Shown: one piece after another, positions 49,972-62,100 of the stretch
Position numbering within the stretch: position 1 is the first letter of the stretch
How the letters are laid out: each line of letters opens with the position of its first letter
From: Candidatus Cloacimonadales bacterium
GTDB taxonomy: Bacteria > Cloacimonadota > Cloacimonadia > Cloacimonadales > JAIOQZ01
DNA: 64,000 nt
Direction of reading: 5' to 3'
Assembly (NCBI GenBank): GCA_963674825.1
Contig: OY771587.1
Location: 3,712,001 to 3,776,000, forward strand
Program-made: the position numbers and the translations under genes
Notes under the pieces: model-generated
What the model saw: only the letters and a program-made list of their open reading frames with translations
Database searches by the model: none
Told to the model about the DNA's origin: nothing

Positions 49972-52083
49972 ATGAGACACGGATTTGTGATTCTCGCAGT
50001 GTTCATTTTATTGACAACAAATGTTATTGCTACAACTGTCAATTCGAGCAATCATTTCCATGGGACAGCTTTAAACGAGCTGATAGCAGACTTGGATGGT
50101 AACAATTCTCCAGTAACGATCTTCGAATCAGATAGGACCATCGACAAGATATCTATCGACTACAACCGGGATGAATTGAACATCGTCTGCTCATACATGG
50201 GTGGAGATATCCCCAGCATGAAGGTTTTACGCCGGGATGTCACACCGGAAAACCTCCACGTTACCAACACCCACGATTCGAAAGCAAGCGTAAAAAACCT
50301 CGCGTACAACGACTACTACTTCTTCATCAACTACGACTTCAACACGATGAAGACCCTTAACGCAGTTAGCGACAATTTCGTCCTGTATCAAGGCGATTAC
50401 GAAATCGGCAGAGTTCCAGCCGATATGACGTTCGGTAATGGGAAACTCACGCTTCGCGGTGAAATTGTTGTGCCAGGATACACAACTGTGAATTTCCTCC
50501 CCGGTTCACAGATTGGATTATCATATGGCACACCTATCCGAAACTATGGAATTATCAGAGCTTTGGGCAATGATAATGCATCTTCTATCGCCGATTCGAT
50601 CGTGTTTAACGCTCTCAATACTAATACCGATACGACTTGGGCAGGCTTCATTAATCAAGGTAAGCTTTACATGAAACACGTTCGTATCAATAATGCAGAG
50701 ACGAACATTGACGTCAATATCATGTCTGTTGACCATTGTACGTTCACAAGCGATTATTTCGATTATGGCCTGAATATTCAGTCTGACTCCTGCAGTGTAA
50801 CAAACTCTAAATTCACAGGGTTTTACGTCCCCGCCTGGCTAAACGATCCCGATGCTCCCGCAGCTGACTTCACATTCGAAGATAATGAAATCTACAATAA
50901 CCTCCATGGTTTATACTTCTATAGTTCATCCGACACTGTAGATCATATATACAGTCACGACAATGACTACACAGGGGCAAACTTAGTTGAAAGCTCATTT
51001 CCTAAGATAGGAAACTCTTTTATTTCGTTAGCAACAAGCACTAGCCAAATAAAACTGTATAACGGTTCATACCCTGTTCTTTATGGCGGTCATAATGACA
51101 TCATACCATATGGCACATATGCAATTACCGATGGGGATACATCAATTTCCGGTAGCGCAAACTATAGTTATAACTGGTGGGGTACAGATAATCTTCAAGC
51201 AGTCCTTGATATGATCAACACACCTAATCTCAACATAACAATCACCTCTCTTGATTCTGAAGCAAATTGGGATGGTGGTTCACGCAGTACCGACGAAGTT
51301 TCCAATTCAGCTTATGGATACGAGAAAAGAGGCGAATACGACACTGCAATTGATATGTATATGGATATCATCAATAAGAATCCGGAAAGCGTCGAAGCTG
51401 CCCACGCAGCATCAAGAATCATCAAGTGTCTGAATGAAAAGCCCGTGAATGAAATCCTAGCTTACAAAGACTTCCTGCTTTCCTTCGACGATGAAAACGT
51501 TAATACACCGTTATCTCGTTTCAGCACAATCGGCGCAGCTAAAATCGATCGTAAACTCGGTGACTACGAATCTGCAATCGATTCATACCAGAATAGGCTG
51601 AATAATGATCCATCTTATCTGGAATCAATCACTCTGAAAATGAACATCCTGAATACAAAAGTCGAAGAATTCAATACAAACTCTGAAGAATATATCGAAG
51701 CAAATCTCGCATACAGAGATGATGCCTACAAGCAAATCTCCGAACTCAATGCACTCCTTCTCGATTATGAAGCGGATTACGAGATCGACGTTCCGCCGGC
51801 GGTGGAAATACTATCACTCGGACAGAACTACCCCAACCCATTCAACCCGGAGACGACGATCAGCTTCAGCGTTCCGCAGAGCGGTGATGTGACACTTGCC
51901 GTTTACAACATCAAGGGCCAGAAAGTCAAGACGCTGGTCAGCGATACACTCGAAATGGGACAGCACACTGCCACCTGGAAAGGTACGGACAACGCTGGAA
52001 AGAGCGTATCTTCAGGCATCTACTTCTACCGTCTGGAAGCAGACGGGAAAACCGCAACCAAGAAGATGCTGCTGCTGAAATAG
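49972..52083 (+). CDS. Secreted protein: beta-helix-like region, TPR-like helices, FlgD-Ig/T9SS-type C-terminal domain
   Basis: Signal peptide; [23 protein letters not shown]...KKMLLLK. Confidence 0.8.
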   Translation: MRHGFVILAVFILLTTNVIATTVNSSNHFHGTALNELIADLDGNNSPVTIFESDRTIDKISIDYNRDELNIVCSYMGGDIPSMKVLRRDVTPENLHVTNTHDSKASVKNLAYNDYYFFINYDFNTMKTLNAVSDNFVLYQGDYEIGRVPADMTFGNGKLTLRGEIVVPGYTTVNFLPGSQIGLSYGTPIRNYGIIRALGNDNASSIADSIVFNALNTNTDTTWAGFINQGKLYMKHVRINNAETNIDVNIMSVDHCTFTSDYFDYGLNIQSDSCSVTNSKFTGFYVPAWLNDPDAPAADFTFEDNEIYNNLHGLYFYSSSDTVDHIYSHDNDYTGANLVESSFPKIGNSFISLATSTSQIKLYNGSYPVLYGGHNDIIPYGTYAITDGDTSISGSANYSYNWWGTDNLQAVLDMINTPNLNITITSLDSEANWDGGSRSTDEVSNSAYGYEKRGEYDTAIDMYMDIINKNPESVEAAHAASRIIKCLNEKPVNEILAYKDFLLSFDDENVNTPLSRFSTIGAAKIDRKLGDYESAIDSYQNRLNNDPSYLESITLKMNILNTKVEEFNTNSEEYIEANLAYRDDAYKQISELNALLLDYEADYEIDVPPAVEILSLGQNYPNPFNPETTISFSVPQSGDVTLAVYNIKGQKVKTLVSDTLEMGQHTATWKGTDNAGKSVSSGIYFYRLEADGKTATKKMLLLK

Positions 52084-52085
52084 AC
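51826..52085 (+). repeat. 260-bp repeat, copy 2
   Basis: 96% identical to 48340-48599. Confidence 0.95.
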
Positions 52086-52106
52086 CAATAGTAATCAGTT
52101 ATATGC

Positions 52107-52136
52107 AAAAGGGACAGCTCAAACGCTGTCCCTTTT
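52107..52136. terminator. Bidirectional terminator
   Basis: AAAAGGGACAGC-TCAAAC-GCTGTCCCTTTT. Confidence 0.8.
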
Positions 52137-52162
52137 CATTTAACATCAGACAATTGCAGAGA

Positions 52163-55100
52163 TTACGGTTGATCGGAGACAACCACGCGATAAAACAACC
52201 GCTGTTGAGAATTAACAGGAAGCTGGATTGAGCTATTCTGCGTGGTGAACCGGTAGGTTGATTCATCACAGACGAAATTGGGGTCCGTCGCAGCAAAGAC
52301 GCGATACCAGATTCCGTTGATCTCCGGATAGCTATTGCCATGGAGCGAACCGGTTGACACAGGCTGCCAGGCGAGTGTAACATTCTGCCCTGAGCTTTCG
52401 ATATCCACGCTTCTGACAGCGTCGGGGACAATATTATCCACCGAATAACCGCTCATGCTATTAGACGCCCACGTACCCTCTTCCGTATATAGTACGATCA
52501 TGAATGTCGTGTCGTTCTGCCCCACACTGGATGAATCAGCCAGCGTGGGGGCGTTGTAGACGTAGTAATGGTTCGTAAGCGCTGGTACAGCCACAACGAA
52601 TGCCCAATAGGTGTCGTCGTAGCGCAGAAGCATACGCTGACGAGTATTCACGTCGTATTCGCGCACTTGGTCGGGACTATCGAGGATGATGTCCGAATCG
52701 GTACGCACCAGATCGTCAAGCCGCCAGATTGCGTAGAAGTTATCGAAATCGTATTGGGAATCATGCTCGCTTCGCCGCCAGAAAATCTGCACGCTACGTC
52801 CCTGATCACCCGGTACATCATGAACATGCGCGATGATCGGCAGGGACTGATCGTAATAGACGTAACCAATATCCGTGATGGATCCATCCAAATCCCGCGT
52901 AAATTGCGGATCACCGGCATCGATGAGCGGTGATTTCAGTTCGTTATCATCCGGGCATGAAACCCAGGTGGGAACGCAATTCTCATCCCAGAGCGGATCG
53001 AGGACTATATTGTCAGAAAGCGATGACGTATAAGCTGATCCTTCTATGCATTCAGGATATTCGAGGTCGCAATATGTCGCGCTGAAATTTGTCGTACCCG
53101 ATCCACCGGCACGTAGAAGACAATCGGAATTACCCCACCATACGGAGTTCGTGATAGCGACATTAAGAAGATTACCTCCGTAAGAGTAGCATGAGATATC
53201 TCCTTCATGCACAGTACTGGTATTGCCGGTGAAAGAACAGTGATCGATGTTTATTTCACCCCCGAGATAATAGTAAAGGATTGGTCCGTCCGGTGCGATG
53301 CCTCCGGAAAACAGACAATGATCTATATCGAGCGTGCCATTGTAGCCGTAAATATTACCTCCATCGCCGTCGGTAACGTTGTCTATAAACCGACATCCAT
53401 GAAAGGTAGCTGTGCTTTGTCTCATCGACACGGCACCACCTGTGAGCGGTGAGTAATTGTTGATGAATGTGCAGTTTTCTACCTCGATATCCTGTGTGAA
53501 ATAGAGGTACATAGCCCCGCCATGCCTGTCGTACGACCATGTTTGCGGAATCTGGTGATCTCTAAATTCACACCAATGGAAATAGGTCCCACCTTCTTGA
53601 GGTGTTGTTATCAAGAAGTGGCCAGTATCGATTCCCTCAAACGAAGGCTCGAAAATAATCGGATTGTCCTCGGTACCGTTCGCCTGGATAGCACCATAGA
53701 CCGCGAATACCCACGGACCATCGTACTGGACAACGACACCCGGCTCGATCACGAGAATCTCGTTATCTGGAACCGTGATATCTCCACCAATCAAATAGGG
53801 GCTGTTCGCAATAGACCATGTTCCCGATACTTCGCCTGAGATATGCAATCCCTGGTCATAGTATTTCCATCCGAGATCGGTGACGGTGCCATCTGGATCG
53901 GTTTCATCGGGATTACCCGCATCGATCAGCGGTGATCTGTATTCATCATGAGCAGGATAGGAACTCCAGGTCGGATTATATTCGCCATCCCATAGAGGAT
54001 CTGCGCTGATGTTCTGGAATTGATCGGTACTGTACCCTGAACCGGCATACGCCGAGACGTTCTGAAGGTCGCAGTAATAGACGTTGAGAACGAGTGTGTA
54101 AGCGTTGCACATGGTGAGATAGGTCGAGCTGTCCCACCACACGGAGTTCGTGAATGTCAGGTTTGTGGTGTGGCCGCTGCTGTTCTGGATATTGAAATCC
54201 GCGTTGTCAAAAGATGAAACATTGTTGGATATCGTGCAATGGTCAAGCGTGGCCGAATTCGCATCCGACATGTAAACCGCTCCGCCATAATGTGCGCTAC
54301 CACCTTCCAGGAGGCAATGATCCATTTCCAGGTTCGATTCAAAAAGGTAGATCGCTCCGCCGTTTTCGTAGGTCATATTGTTTTGGAACCGGCAGTTGGA
54401 TATCGTCGCCGAAGAAGCGAACATCGCGATTGCACCACCGCCATTTCCGCCGATGTTACTCTCAAACACACAATCTGTGAATAAAACATCCTGCACTTCG
54501 TTCATCATCACAGCGCCACCATAGTAATCGGGGCCATCGCCTTCATCGACAGAGACTCCTGAGAAGTGGCATCCATCAAAATAACTACCATCAGCTCCAC
54601 TGCCCACAAGCGCTATATGTCCGGTGGAAATTCCCGGATTTACCGGTGCGAATGTAATCGGACTTTCCGTGGTACCACAGGCGTTGATCGAGCCTTCCAC
54701 ATTGAAGTTGTATTCGCCGTGGTAATAAATTGTAACACCCGGTTCGATCGTAAGCGTTTCCCCATCGGGTATGGTGAGATCCGAATTGATATGGTATGTT
54801 TGCCCAGTCTCCCATGTTCCAGAAACAATGCCCACCTCCGCAGTCAGCTCGACATTATCGAGATAGAAGTAGTTGATCGCATTGGAATTACCCTCGAAGA
54901 AAAACGCAATCTGCAAGTTCCCGGTTCGTGCCATTGAATCATCAATGCACATCATTTCCTGTTCGGCCGAAATATCCTCTGTTGGCGTAATACTCCAGAT
55001 CGTCGTCCACTCTTCATCTGCTCCGTAAACCATCACACCAACCGTATAGGGCAGCGCTGAACTGTAGTGGTCGACTGCGTAATAGAATGAAAGATTGACA

Positions 55101-55366
55101 TCGCTGGCCGTTGATGCGTCAATCAAAGGACTTATTAGAAACTGCTCACCTTCCGAAACCGGATAATATGTAAAGCTCACTTCTGGTGCGATTCCATCGG
55201 CATAGTTCGAGTTAGAAATCCCCCAATTCTCACCATTGTTCATACCGCTGCGCGTCCAGCCTTCGGGTGGAAAGGTTCCAGAGAAATCTTCATCGAGAAG
55301 ATTGACAGCACCAAGGCAAGTCGCAATCAGAAATAGAACAACATAAACACCGCATTTTTTCATCAT
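52163..55366 (-). CDS. Large secreted protein with two tandem right-handed beta-helix modules
   Basis: Signal peptide; duplicated VSGTW...IEPGV...GGA...SPLIDAG.P..D.DG..TD.G..YYDQ. Confidence 0.82.
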   Translation of the reverse strand: MMKKCGVYVVLFLIATCLGAVNLLDEDFSGTFPPEGWTRSGMNNGENWGISNSNYADGIAPEVSFTYYPVSEGEQFLISPLIDASTASDVNLSFYYAVDHYSSALPYTVGVMVYGADEEWTTIWSITPTEDISAEQEMMCIDDSMARTGNLQIAFFFEGNSNAINYFYLDNVELTAEVGIVSGTWETGQTYHINSDLTIPDGETLTIEPGVTIYYHGEYNFNVEGSINACGTTESPITFAPVNPGISTGHIALVGSGADGSYFDGCHFSGVSVDEGDGPDYYGGAVMMNEVQDVLFTDCVFESNIGGNGGGAIAMFASSATISNCRFQNNMTYENGGAIYLFESNLEMDHCLLEGGSAHYGGAVYMSDANSATLDHCTISNNVSSFDNADFNIQNSSGHTTNLTFTNSVWWDSSTYLTMCNAYTLVLNVYYCDLQNVSAYAGSGYSTDQFQNISADPLWDGEYNPTWSSYPAHDEYRSPLIDAGNPDETDPDGTVTDLGWKYYDQGLHISGEVSGTWSIANSPYLIGGDITVPDNEILVIEPGVVVQYDGPWVFAVYGAIQANGTEDNPIIFEPSFEGIDTGHFLITTPQEGGTYFHWCEFRDHQIPQTWSYDRHGGAMYLYFTQDIEVENCTFINNYSPLTGGAVSMRQSTATFHGCRFIDNVTDGDGGNIYGYNGTLDIDHCLFSGGIAPDGPILYYYLGGEINIDHCSFTGNTSTVHEGDISCYSYGGNLLNVAITNSVWWGNSDCLLRAGGSGTTNFSATYCDLEYPECIEGSAYTSSLSDNIVLDPLWDENCVPTWVSCPDDNELKSPLIDAGDPQFTRDLDGSITDIGYVYYDQSLPIIAHVHDVPGDQGRSVQIFWRRSEHDSQYDFDNFYAIWRLDDLVRTDSDIILDSPDQVREYDVNTRQRMLLRYDDTYWAFVVAVPALTNHYYVYNAPTLADSSSVGQNDTTFMIVLYTEEGTWASNSMSGYSVDNIVPDAVRSVDIESSGQNVTLAWQPVSTGSLHGNSYPEINGIWYRVFAATDPNFVCDESTYRFTTQNSSIQLPVNSQQRLFYRVVVSDQP

Positions 55367-55587
55367 CTTCACCTCTCAATTGCTCCACGATTTGCAATCA
55401 ACGATCCTTTTGATCACCGCAAGAATCTTGATTTTGACAAATACGAATTCGAAAGATGTCAATTCAGTAAAGAAAAAAAATGCAAAAATCTTAAGTCCCA
55501 ACGCAAAGATATTATCTATCAATAAGTTGTAAAAAACTTATCGCAATTGCTAAATATATTCGTCTGCTCTGCCGGGACACTCACATA

Positions 55588-56172
55588 TCACTGGTGAATA
55601 TGAATCCACACAAGTAAACTAATCAGCGTTAGAATCGACAGTGCAAAGGTGCTGTATTCGCGATTTGATGCCCAGAGCTTCACGGACCAATCGGCTTGGA
55701 TATCATCCCGGCTCAGCTTTTTTGGGAAAAACGCGCCAACGCGCTCTGTATATTGATCCCACTCTTCCTGATGGCGATTTCGCATGTTGATCTCTTCATT
55801 GCGTATCGTCACTGGATATATAAAGATAGCAATCGCGATAAACCCGAGCCAGTACCAGGGATCGTTGAGGAAAAATCCAAATCCGATCGCAACCAGCCCT
55901 GAACCAAAATACAGAGGATTCCTGCAGAGCGAATACGGTCCGGTGCAGGTGACGGTCTTTTTCTTATGCAATACACCTGCAGCCCACGAGCGTATAAGGG
56001 CTCCAGTCAGGATTAGAATCGAGCCGACCAAATAGAATAACGTTGCATGCTCCTGCGATAGAAATCGCGGGATCCCATAAACAGCGAATTCGATAGCACA
56101 CACCAATGCGATCGCCCGTGTGATCCAAAGCCTGTATTTTGCAGTAAAGTCATAGATTCTCTTCGATTTCAT
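55588..56172 (-). CDS. Isoprenylcysteine carboxyl methyltransferase / PEMT family membrane protein
   Basis: GPYSLCRNPLYFGS, EE..MR. Confidence 0.85.
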   Translation of the reverse strand: MKSKRIYDFTAKYRLWITRAIALVCAIEFAVYGIPRFLSQEHATLFYLVGSILILTGALIRSWAAGVLHKKKTVTCTGPYSLCRNPLYFGSGLVAIGFGFFLNDPWYWLGFIAIAIFIYPVTIRNEEINMRNRHQEEWDQYTERVGAFFPKKLSRDDIQADWSVKLWASNREYSTFALSILTLISLLVWIHIHQ

Positions 56173-56396
56173 GAACACTCCAGCCACATAAATTTAGCGA
56201 ACCATCTTCCTGTGCCCTGCAAAATAAGTAAAATTATTTTTGCATCTATTTGAATAAAGAATTTTCCGCTTAAGTTGTTCGTTTTTCGACAGTTAAACAT
56301 GATGACCGATACTCTGGCTAGGTTGTGCTTGACAGCCAGTATTCACAAGAACTTAGTTGATATTGTAATAGCTAATAATGAATTTTGTGAGGGATC

Positions 56397-57002
56397 ATGG
56401 CAAAGAAAATACTGCTTTCAATCTTATGCCTGCTTGTCGCAGCAATTATTTACAAACTGATCGCAGCCTACATCGATCAGAGAAGAGAAATCAGTTTCAA
56501 CAAAGATATCCCGAAGACGATCCGGCTGTGGTCTGATGATTTCAAGCATAACAATACAATGCCGACAGAATGTACCGGTTTGGGCAAGAACGTCTCCCCT
56601 TCTCTGCACTGGGATAATCTGCCTGAAGGAACACAATCCCTGGCGATTGTCGCAGTTGATTACGACGCACCGTCACCCCTCTTCAGAATCCTGACAATTG
56701 ACCACTGGGTTGTATTCAACATCCCGTCGGAGCTTTCGCATCTCGACAAAGCTATGAACAGTGAAAAGCTTACCGCGAACAGAATCAGCCTTGGGAAGAA
56801 TATCACCGGCGGTACAAGATATACCGGCCCAAACCCACCATTCGGAACTCACCGCTACTTTTTCAGGATCTATGCGCTCTCCGTACCCAGGCTGGACTTG
56901 ATTGAACCGACAAAGGCAGAGCTCATGAAAGAAATGGAAGGCAAGATCCTGGCGTACGGCGAACTGATCGGAACCTACAAGAAAACCGATGTTCAGCAAT
57001 AA
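56397..57002 (+). CDS. YbhB/YbcL (PEBP) family protein
   Basis: NVSPSLHW, DYDAP, HWVVFNIP, YTGPNPP.GTHRYFF. Confidence 0.92.
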   Translation: MAKKILLSILCLLVAAIIYKLIAAYIDQRREISFNKDIPKTIRLWSDDFKHNNTMPTECTGLGKNVSPSLHWDNLPEGTQSLAIVAVDYDAPSPLFRILTIDHWVVFNIPSELSHLDKAMNSEKLTANRISLGKNITGGTRYTGPNPPFGTHRYFFRIYALSVPRLDLIEPTKAELMKEMEGKILAYGELIGTYKKTDVQQ

Positions 57003-57023
57003 ATAAATCGGCAGGAACAACGT

Positions 57024-57698
57024 ATGTATTGCAACATATCGACGGATAACGAACGAATAATCTACCAAATGACCGACACTAGTGGAATCAGCGAGAACCA
57101 GCTGAAAGAAATGTTGTATACATTCACCGGGACTTGCTGGGAGAAGTCGCTGACTCTCTCATCGCTTATGTACGATCATGATCTTGATGTCCTGCAGAAG
57201 AACTACAATCGATTCCTGGAAATGGAAATCAATTCGCGCCGAAGCACTGCCGATTTCGAACAGGCTCTATTGAAGATCATCAACAAACACACCGCGGCTG
57301 AAATACGCTGGTGGCTGACCGGGTCCGCAGCTTTGTACATCAGAGGACTCGACGTAAAGCCTCACGATATCGATGTCATGACATACCTCTCGGAAAAAGA
57401 CAAAATCATCGAGGCTTTCGGAGACAACGTTGTTGAACCGTTTCATTACCCCCAAGGTTGGGTAGTAAAGGGATTTGGCGTTGTCGATCCGGGGTATCGC
57501 ATCGATTACGCATTCGAACCACAAGACTGGGTCGATGATCGAGAGCCCATCGACTTTGGACCCTATGCCGAGCAGCATCTCGAAAAAGTCACATGGAAAG
57601 GAGCTACCGTTATGGTGCCGCCGCTGAAGCTCCATCTCCCCTCCAACATTGCCCGTAACCGGGTTTGCATTGTCGATCAAATCCGAAAACTGCTATAG
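57024..57698 (+). CDS. Nucleotidyltransferase-fold protein
   Basis: WWLTGSAAL...PHDIDV (GS...DxD). Confidence 0.7.
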   Translation: MYCNISTDNERIIYQMTDTSGISENQLKEMLYTFTGTCWEKSLTLSSLMYDHDLDVLQKNYNRFLEMEINSRRSTADFEQALLKIINKHTAAEIRWWLTGSAALYIRGLDVKPHDIDVMTYLSEKDKIIEAFGDNVVEPFHYPQGWVVKGFGVVDPGYRIDYAFEPQDWVDDREPIDFGPYAEQHLEKVTWKGATVMVPPLKLHLPSNIARNRVCIVDQIRKLL

Positions 57699-57913
57699 CA
57701 ATGGCTTTCCCTCCAAAAACACCCGTTTGGCAGAACGGACGTTCGCACACTCAGGCGAGATTATCAGGGTTTGTGACGAATCGAATGAAACCGATTGGCG
57801 ATTACGAGGGCAGGTTTCGCTTAAGTACCTACTTGAATATCTCATATCAGGTTGCATAACAGCTTTCCAAAACCCCCGAATGGATTATATTATTTAGAAA
57901 ACTGGGGAGCAGT

Positions 57914-58606
57914 ATGAGCGCAATAAAATTGCCGAAAAATCCAGTCACACGAGAACTGCTATCGCAAGATATTCTCAATGAATGGCAGAGTTTGTTAGAT
58001 GAAACCGCAGATATTCTCGGCGTTCCGGCTGGATTGATAACCCGCGTCGATGGGAACGAAATCGAGATACTTCTATCAAGTCACACAGAAGGCAACCCGT
58101 ATCCGGCCGACTTCATTTCGCAATATCCCGGTTCCGGCTGGTATTGTGAGTACACGTTAAAAAGCCGGGCAGTCAACCTGATTCCCAATGCGCTGAGAGA
58201 ACAAGCCTGGAAAGATAATGAGGCCGCGGTCAAGCTTGGAATCATCAGCTATGCGGGTATGCCGATTCAACGTCCGGATGGTGGAACTTTCGGAACCGTA
58301 TGCTTTCTGGACAACAAGAGCAATGCACACAATGATCTGCATCTCGTCATCATCAAGCAAGTCAAGCGGATGATCGAGCTTTCTCTTCGTGTTGTGATGG
58401 CGAATGCAGAAGTGAAGAAGTGTGATCGTTTCCTCGATGACCTATCAAAAATATACCCTATTTGCAGCTATTGTAAAAAAGTTCGGGAAGACAGCGGTGA
58501 GTGGGTTTCTGTGGAGAAATACGTCAACGATATCTCTGGCGCTAAACCTACGCATTCCATTTGCCCCGATTGCCTAGAGCGAGAACTCAGTAAGTTCGAG
58601 GAATAA
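57914..58606 (+). CDS. GAF-domain protein with C-terminal Zn-binding motif
   Basis: SYAGMPI.RPDG..FGTVCFLD; ICSYCKKVR...HSICPDC. Confidence 0.85.
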   Translation: MSAIKLPKNPVTRELLSQDILNEWQSLLDETADILGVPAGLITRVDGNEIEILLSSHTEGNPYPADFISQYPGSGWYCEYTLKSRAVNLIPNALREQAWKDNEAAVKLGIISYAGMPIQRPDGGTFGTVCFLDNKSNAHNDLHLVIIKQVKRMIELSLRVVMANAEVKKCDRFLDDLSKIYPICSYCKKVREDSGEWVSVEKYVNDISGAKPTHSICPDCLERELSKFEE

Positions 58607-58844
58607 GGTGTGAAACACCACTATTTCGTAGGGAATCAAACGAATCTGCTCCCGTGAGACTCCTAAGATTTCTTCGCTGAACTGCAAGAAAAAACGGCAT
58701 AAATGACGCCCTTTTGACACAACACCCGAATCGAAGGAAATCAACCAGTCTGCTCATCTCGGGGCAGGCTTTTTCCTGCTCATAAACACCCACATCGATG
58801 CTACGAAAAGTGATGCTTTTTGCCAAAAAGGGTGAGACTGCACA

Positions 58845-58866
58845 CCAAATCGCGTGTCACTTCACA
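58845..58866 (+). repeat. 22-bp direct repeat, copy 1
   Basis: CCAAATCGCGTGTCACTTCACA, identical at 63062-63083. Confidence 0.9.
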
Positions 58867-59114
58867 ACCTGTCCTCTATGAAACGGTATCACGAGTTGAT
58901 TTGATACGTGAATTGGGTCTGAAGCGAAGTTTCAGAAACTTCGACGACGCGCTGTGATGCGTGGAAGAGGCGGTTTCGTCTGCAAGCGCCAGCTATTAGG
59001 GCTTAACTCGATGTTCTGAACCATTATTCATTTGGAACGGAAAATGTAACAGTTTCACTGCAAGGACGAGTAACAAGGTTATTGGTTTTCACCCTAAAAA
59101 AAAGGAGGTTCGCA

Positions 59115-62100
59115 ATGTTGTTATTCGGAAAGAACTCCGCAAGCCCCGTAAAATTATCCGTGCTCCTGTTAATCCTACTCATCGCAACCGCCTGCTTCGG
59201 AAACGAAGTCCCAAGCTTCTTTCCTGGCACGTTGACCGTGAAACTCACCGAGGACTTCGAGCTCCTCTGTCGACAGGAGGGCAGCGTGCGCTTCGGCGCG
59301 GAGAGCCTCGACGCGCTGGCCGAGCAGTTTGGCGCAAGCGCGCTGGAGAAGCGATTCCGCTACAACGAGAGAATGGCGACGCGCGCCGGTGCGGACGGTC
59401 TCGCCCGTATCTACCGGCTGACGCTCGACGAGTCGGCGGACATACTGGCTGCTGCGCGTGCGTTTTCTGCCGATCCGCATGTGGAGTACGCGGAGCCCAT
59501 TTACATCATGTATGAATACGACACGCCCAACGACACCTATTACGCAGACGCCCACCAACTCACCCAGATCTACGCGTCTCAAGCGTGGGACGTGCATCAT
59601 GGCGAGGACGGCACTGAGGTGGTCATCGGCATGTGCGATAGCGGCATCGACTGGACGCACAACGACCTTGTCGACAACCTGTTCCAGAATCTGGGCGAGG
59701 ACGCCGATCACGACGGGCATGTCATCGAGTTCATCAACGGCGAATGGGTGTTCGATCCAGGCGACGTAAACAACGTTGACGATGACGACAACGGATACGC
59801 CGACGACTTCGTAGGCTGGAATTTCCACAACGACGACGGCTCGCCGATCAACGATCCCAACGGCTCGATGACCAATGTGCACGGCACGCTTTCGACAGGA
59901 ATGGCCGCCGCGCGCACCAATAACAATCTCGGCGTCGCCAGCGTCTCGTGGAACGTGAAGTTCTACCCGACGAAGCACGGCATGAACTACATCACATGGC
60001 CCCCCGGCATCATCTACGACGCATTTGACGGCATCATATATCTTGCCGAGATGGGCTGCGACATCATCAACTGCAGTTGGGGCGGCGACGGTTATTCGTA
60101 CGCCAATCAGGAAGCGCTGGCCTACGCCCGTAACTTGGGTGCCATCATCGTGGCGGCGGCAGGCAACGCATCGTCCGAATCCCCACTCTTCTACCCGGCG
60201 AGCTACCCTGAAGTCATCAGCGTCGCAGCAGTCATTCCCGGTGATCTCGCAACAATCTACACCAACTACGGCATCGGCATCGATGTCTGCGCGCCGGGCG
60301 GCACCTACAGCGGCGCTCGCATCCAGAGCACCAGCTTTGGCAACGAATACGGGTTTTGCTCGGGCACGTCCTTCGCCAGCCCCATCGTGTCCGGCTTACT
60401 AGCGCTACTGAAGTCATACCACCCCGACTGGACCAACGATCAGCTCATCACCCAGGTGCTGGGCACGTGCGACGACATCGACAGCAACAACCCGGATTAC
60501 GAGAACAAGCTCGGTTGCGGGCGCATCAACGCCTATCGCGCTTTGACGGAAACGAACGTCACCATTCCGCAGGAGCTTCGCCTCGAACTGGTCGGCTGGC
60601 TGCCCATCGACGACAGCGACGGCGATAATATGCTCGAACCTGGAGATGCGGCCAGCATCGGTCTGGTTTTGCGCAACTATGCCCACTACGTCAGCTCCGA
60701 CAACGTGACACTGACGCTGAGCGTGAACAACAGCGACGTGACAGTGACCAATGCCTCCAGTACCGTCTCCATCCCCGCCGACTGTGACGACATCGTGTTC
60801 GAGGATCTGTTCACCATCCAGGTGGCTGCCAGCGCCGAGCCGCAGACAATCGATCTGACCGTGCAGGTCGCCGCCGACATCGATATCACCTACGGGCAGT
60901 CGTTCACACTGCAGCAATACATTTCCCCCAGCGGCGTGCTGATATGGGACGGCGGTGTCAACGATCAGAACAACATGCATTTCAGCGGCGATTTCATCTA
61001 CCAGTACCTGCAGGCGAACAATATCGACTGCGCCATCGCCACCGAATTCCCTTCCTCGCTGGTCGGTTTTGACGCCGTGTTCTTGAGCTTTGGCAATTAC
61101 GGCGAAGCGGGAAGCTTCGATTATCCGTTCCTCAGCCGCGAGGCGAGGACTGTGACTGAGTATCTCGAAGCCGGCGGTAAGCTCTATCTCGAGGGCGGCA
61201 GCGCGCTGGGGTTCTACAACGGCGACAATGCGGAGCTGCTCGATCTTCTGGGACTCTCTGTCATCGACAGCGGTGATTACGAAGACTACTTCGACGCGCT
61301 TGTGGGACAGGACGGAACCCTCGGCGAGGATCTTGTCTTCGACAGATCGACGCAATTCCCGCGTTTCTTCCTCGATCGCTTCGCGGCGTCCGGCTCAGGG
61401 CAGGTGGTGTTCACTGCTCGCGACTACGGCGACGTGGCCGTGCAGAACACCGGCTCCAACGGCCAGAAGACCTTCTGCTCGTCCTATTCGCTGGCAGGAT
61501 TGCACGGTGACGCAAACTTCAATCGCCGCGAGATGCTGCTGGCGAGGATTTTGCAGTTCTTCGGCTTCCCTGTCATGGAGCCAGGATTCAAACTCGTCTA
61601 TCCAGACGACTTCGCGCCGCACGCGCCCATCGAACTCACCGTCCTGGACAAGACCGTGACTTCCTCGGCAATCACAAGCTGGGCGTGGGACTTTGACAAC
61701 GATGGAACCACCGACGCCACCGTGCAAAACCCCAACTACACGTTCGACACCCCTGGCTGGCAAACGACCACGCTCACCGTCTCAGACGGGGCAAACACCT
61801 GCTCGCTGACCGCCGAGAACTATCTCCATCTGTTCAACGGTGACAGCGCACTCGAATTCTCGAATACTACTGCGCATGCAGGCGTTGCCACCATCGCCGC
61901 AGAGGATGCCCCGGAACTTGACGGCGCGTTCACGCTCGAAGTGTGGATCAAACCTAACGAGTATGGAACCGAGACCATTGTGGACAATCCACCGGGGTGT
62001 CTCATTGTCGACAAGGGTGCCGTGAAAATGTGGCCGAACGAAAACTATCAGGGCATGCAGGAACACTGTTTGGCGATCATGTCTGAGCATGCGAATGGCG

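Noticed and set aside
48340..52085. 260-bp repeat pair as a diversity-generating retroelement TR/VR
   Set aside because: Mismatches are not adenine-specific, both copies are coding, and no reverse transcriptase is in the window.
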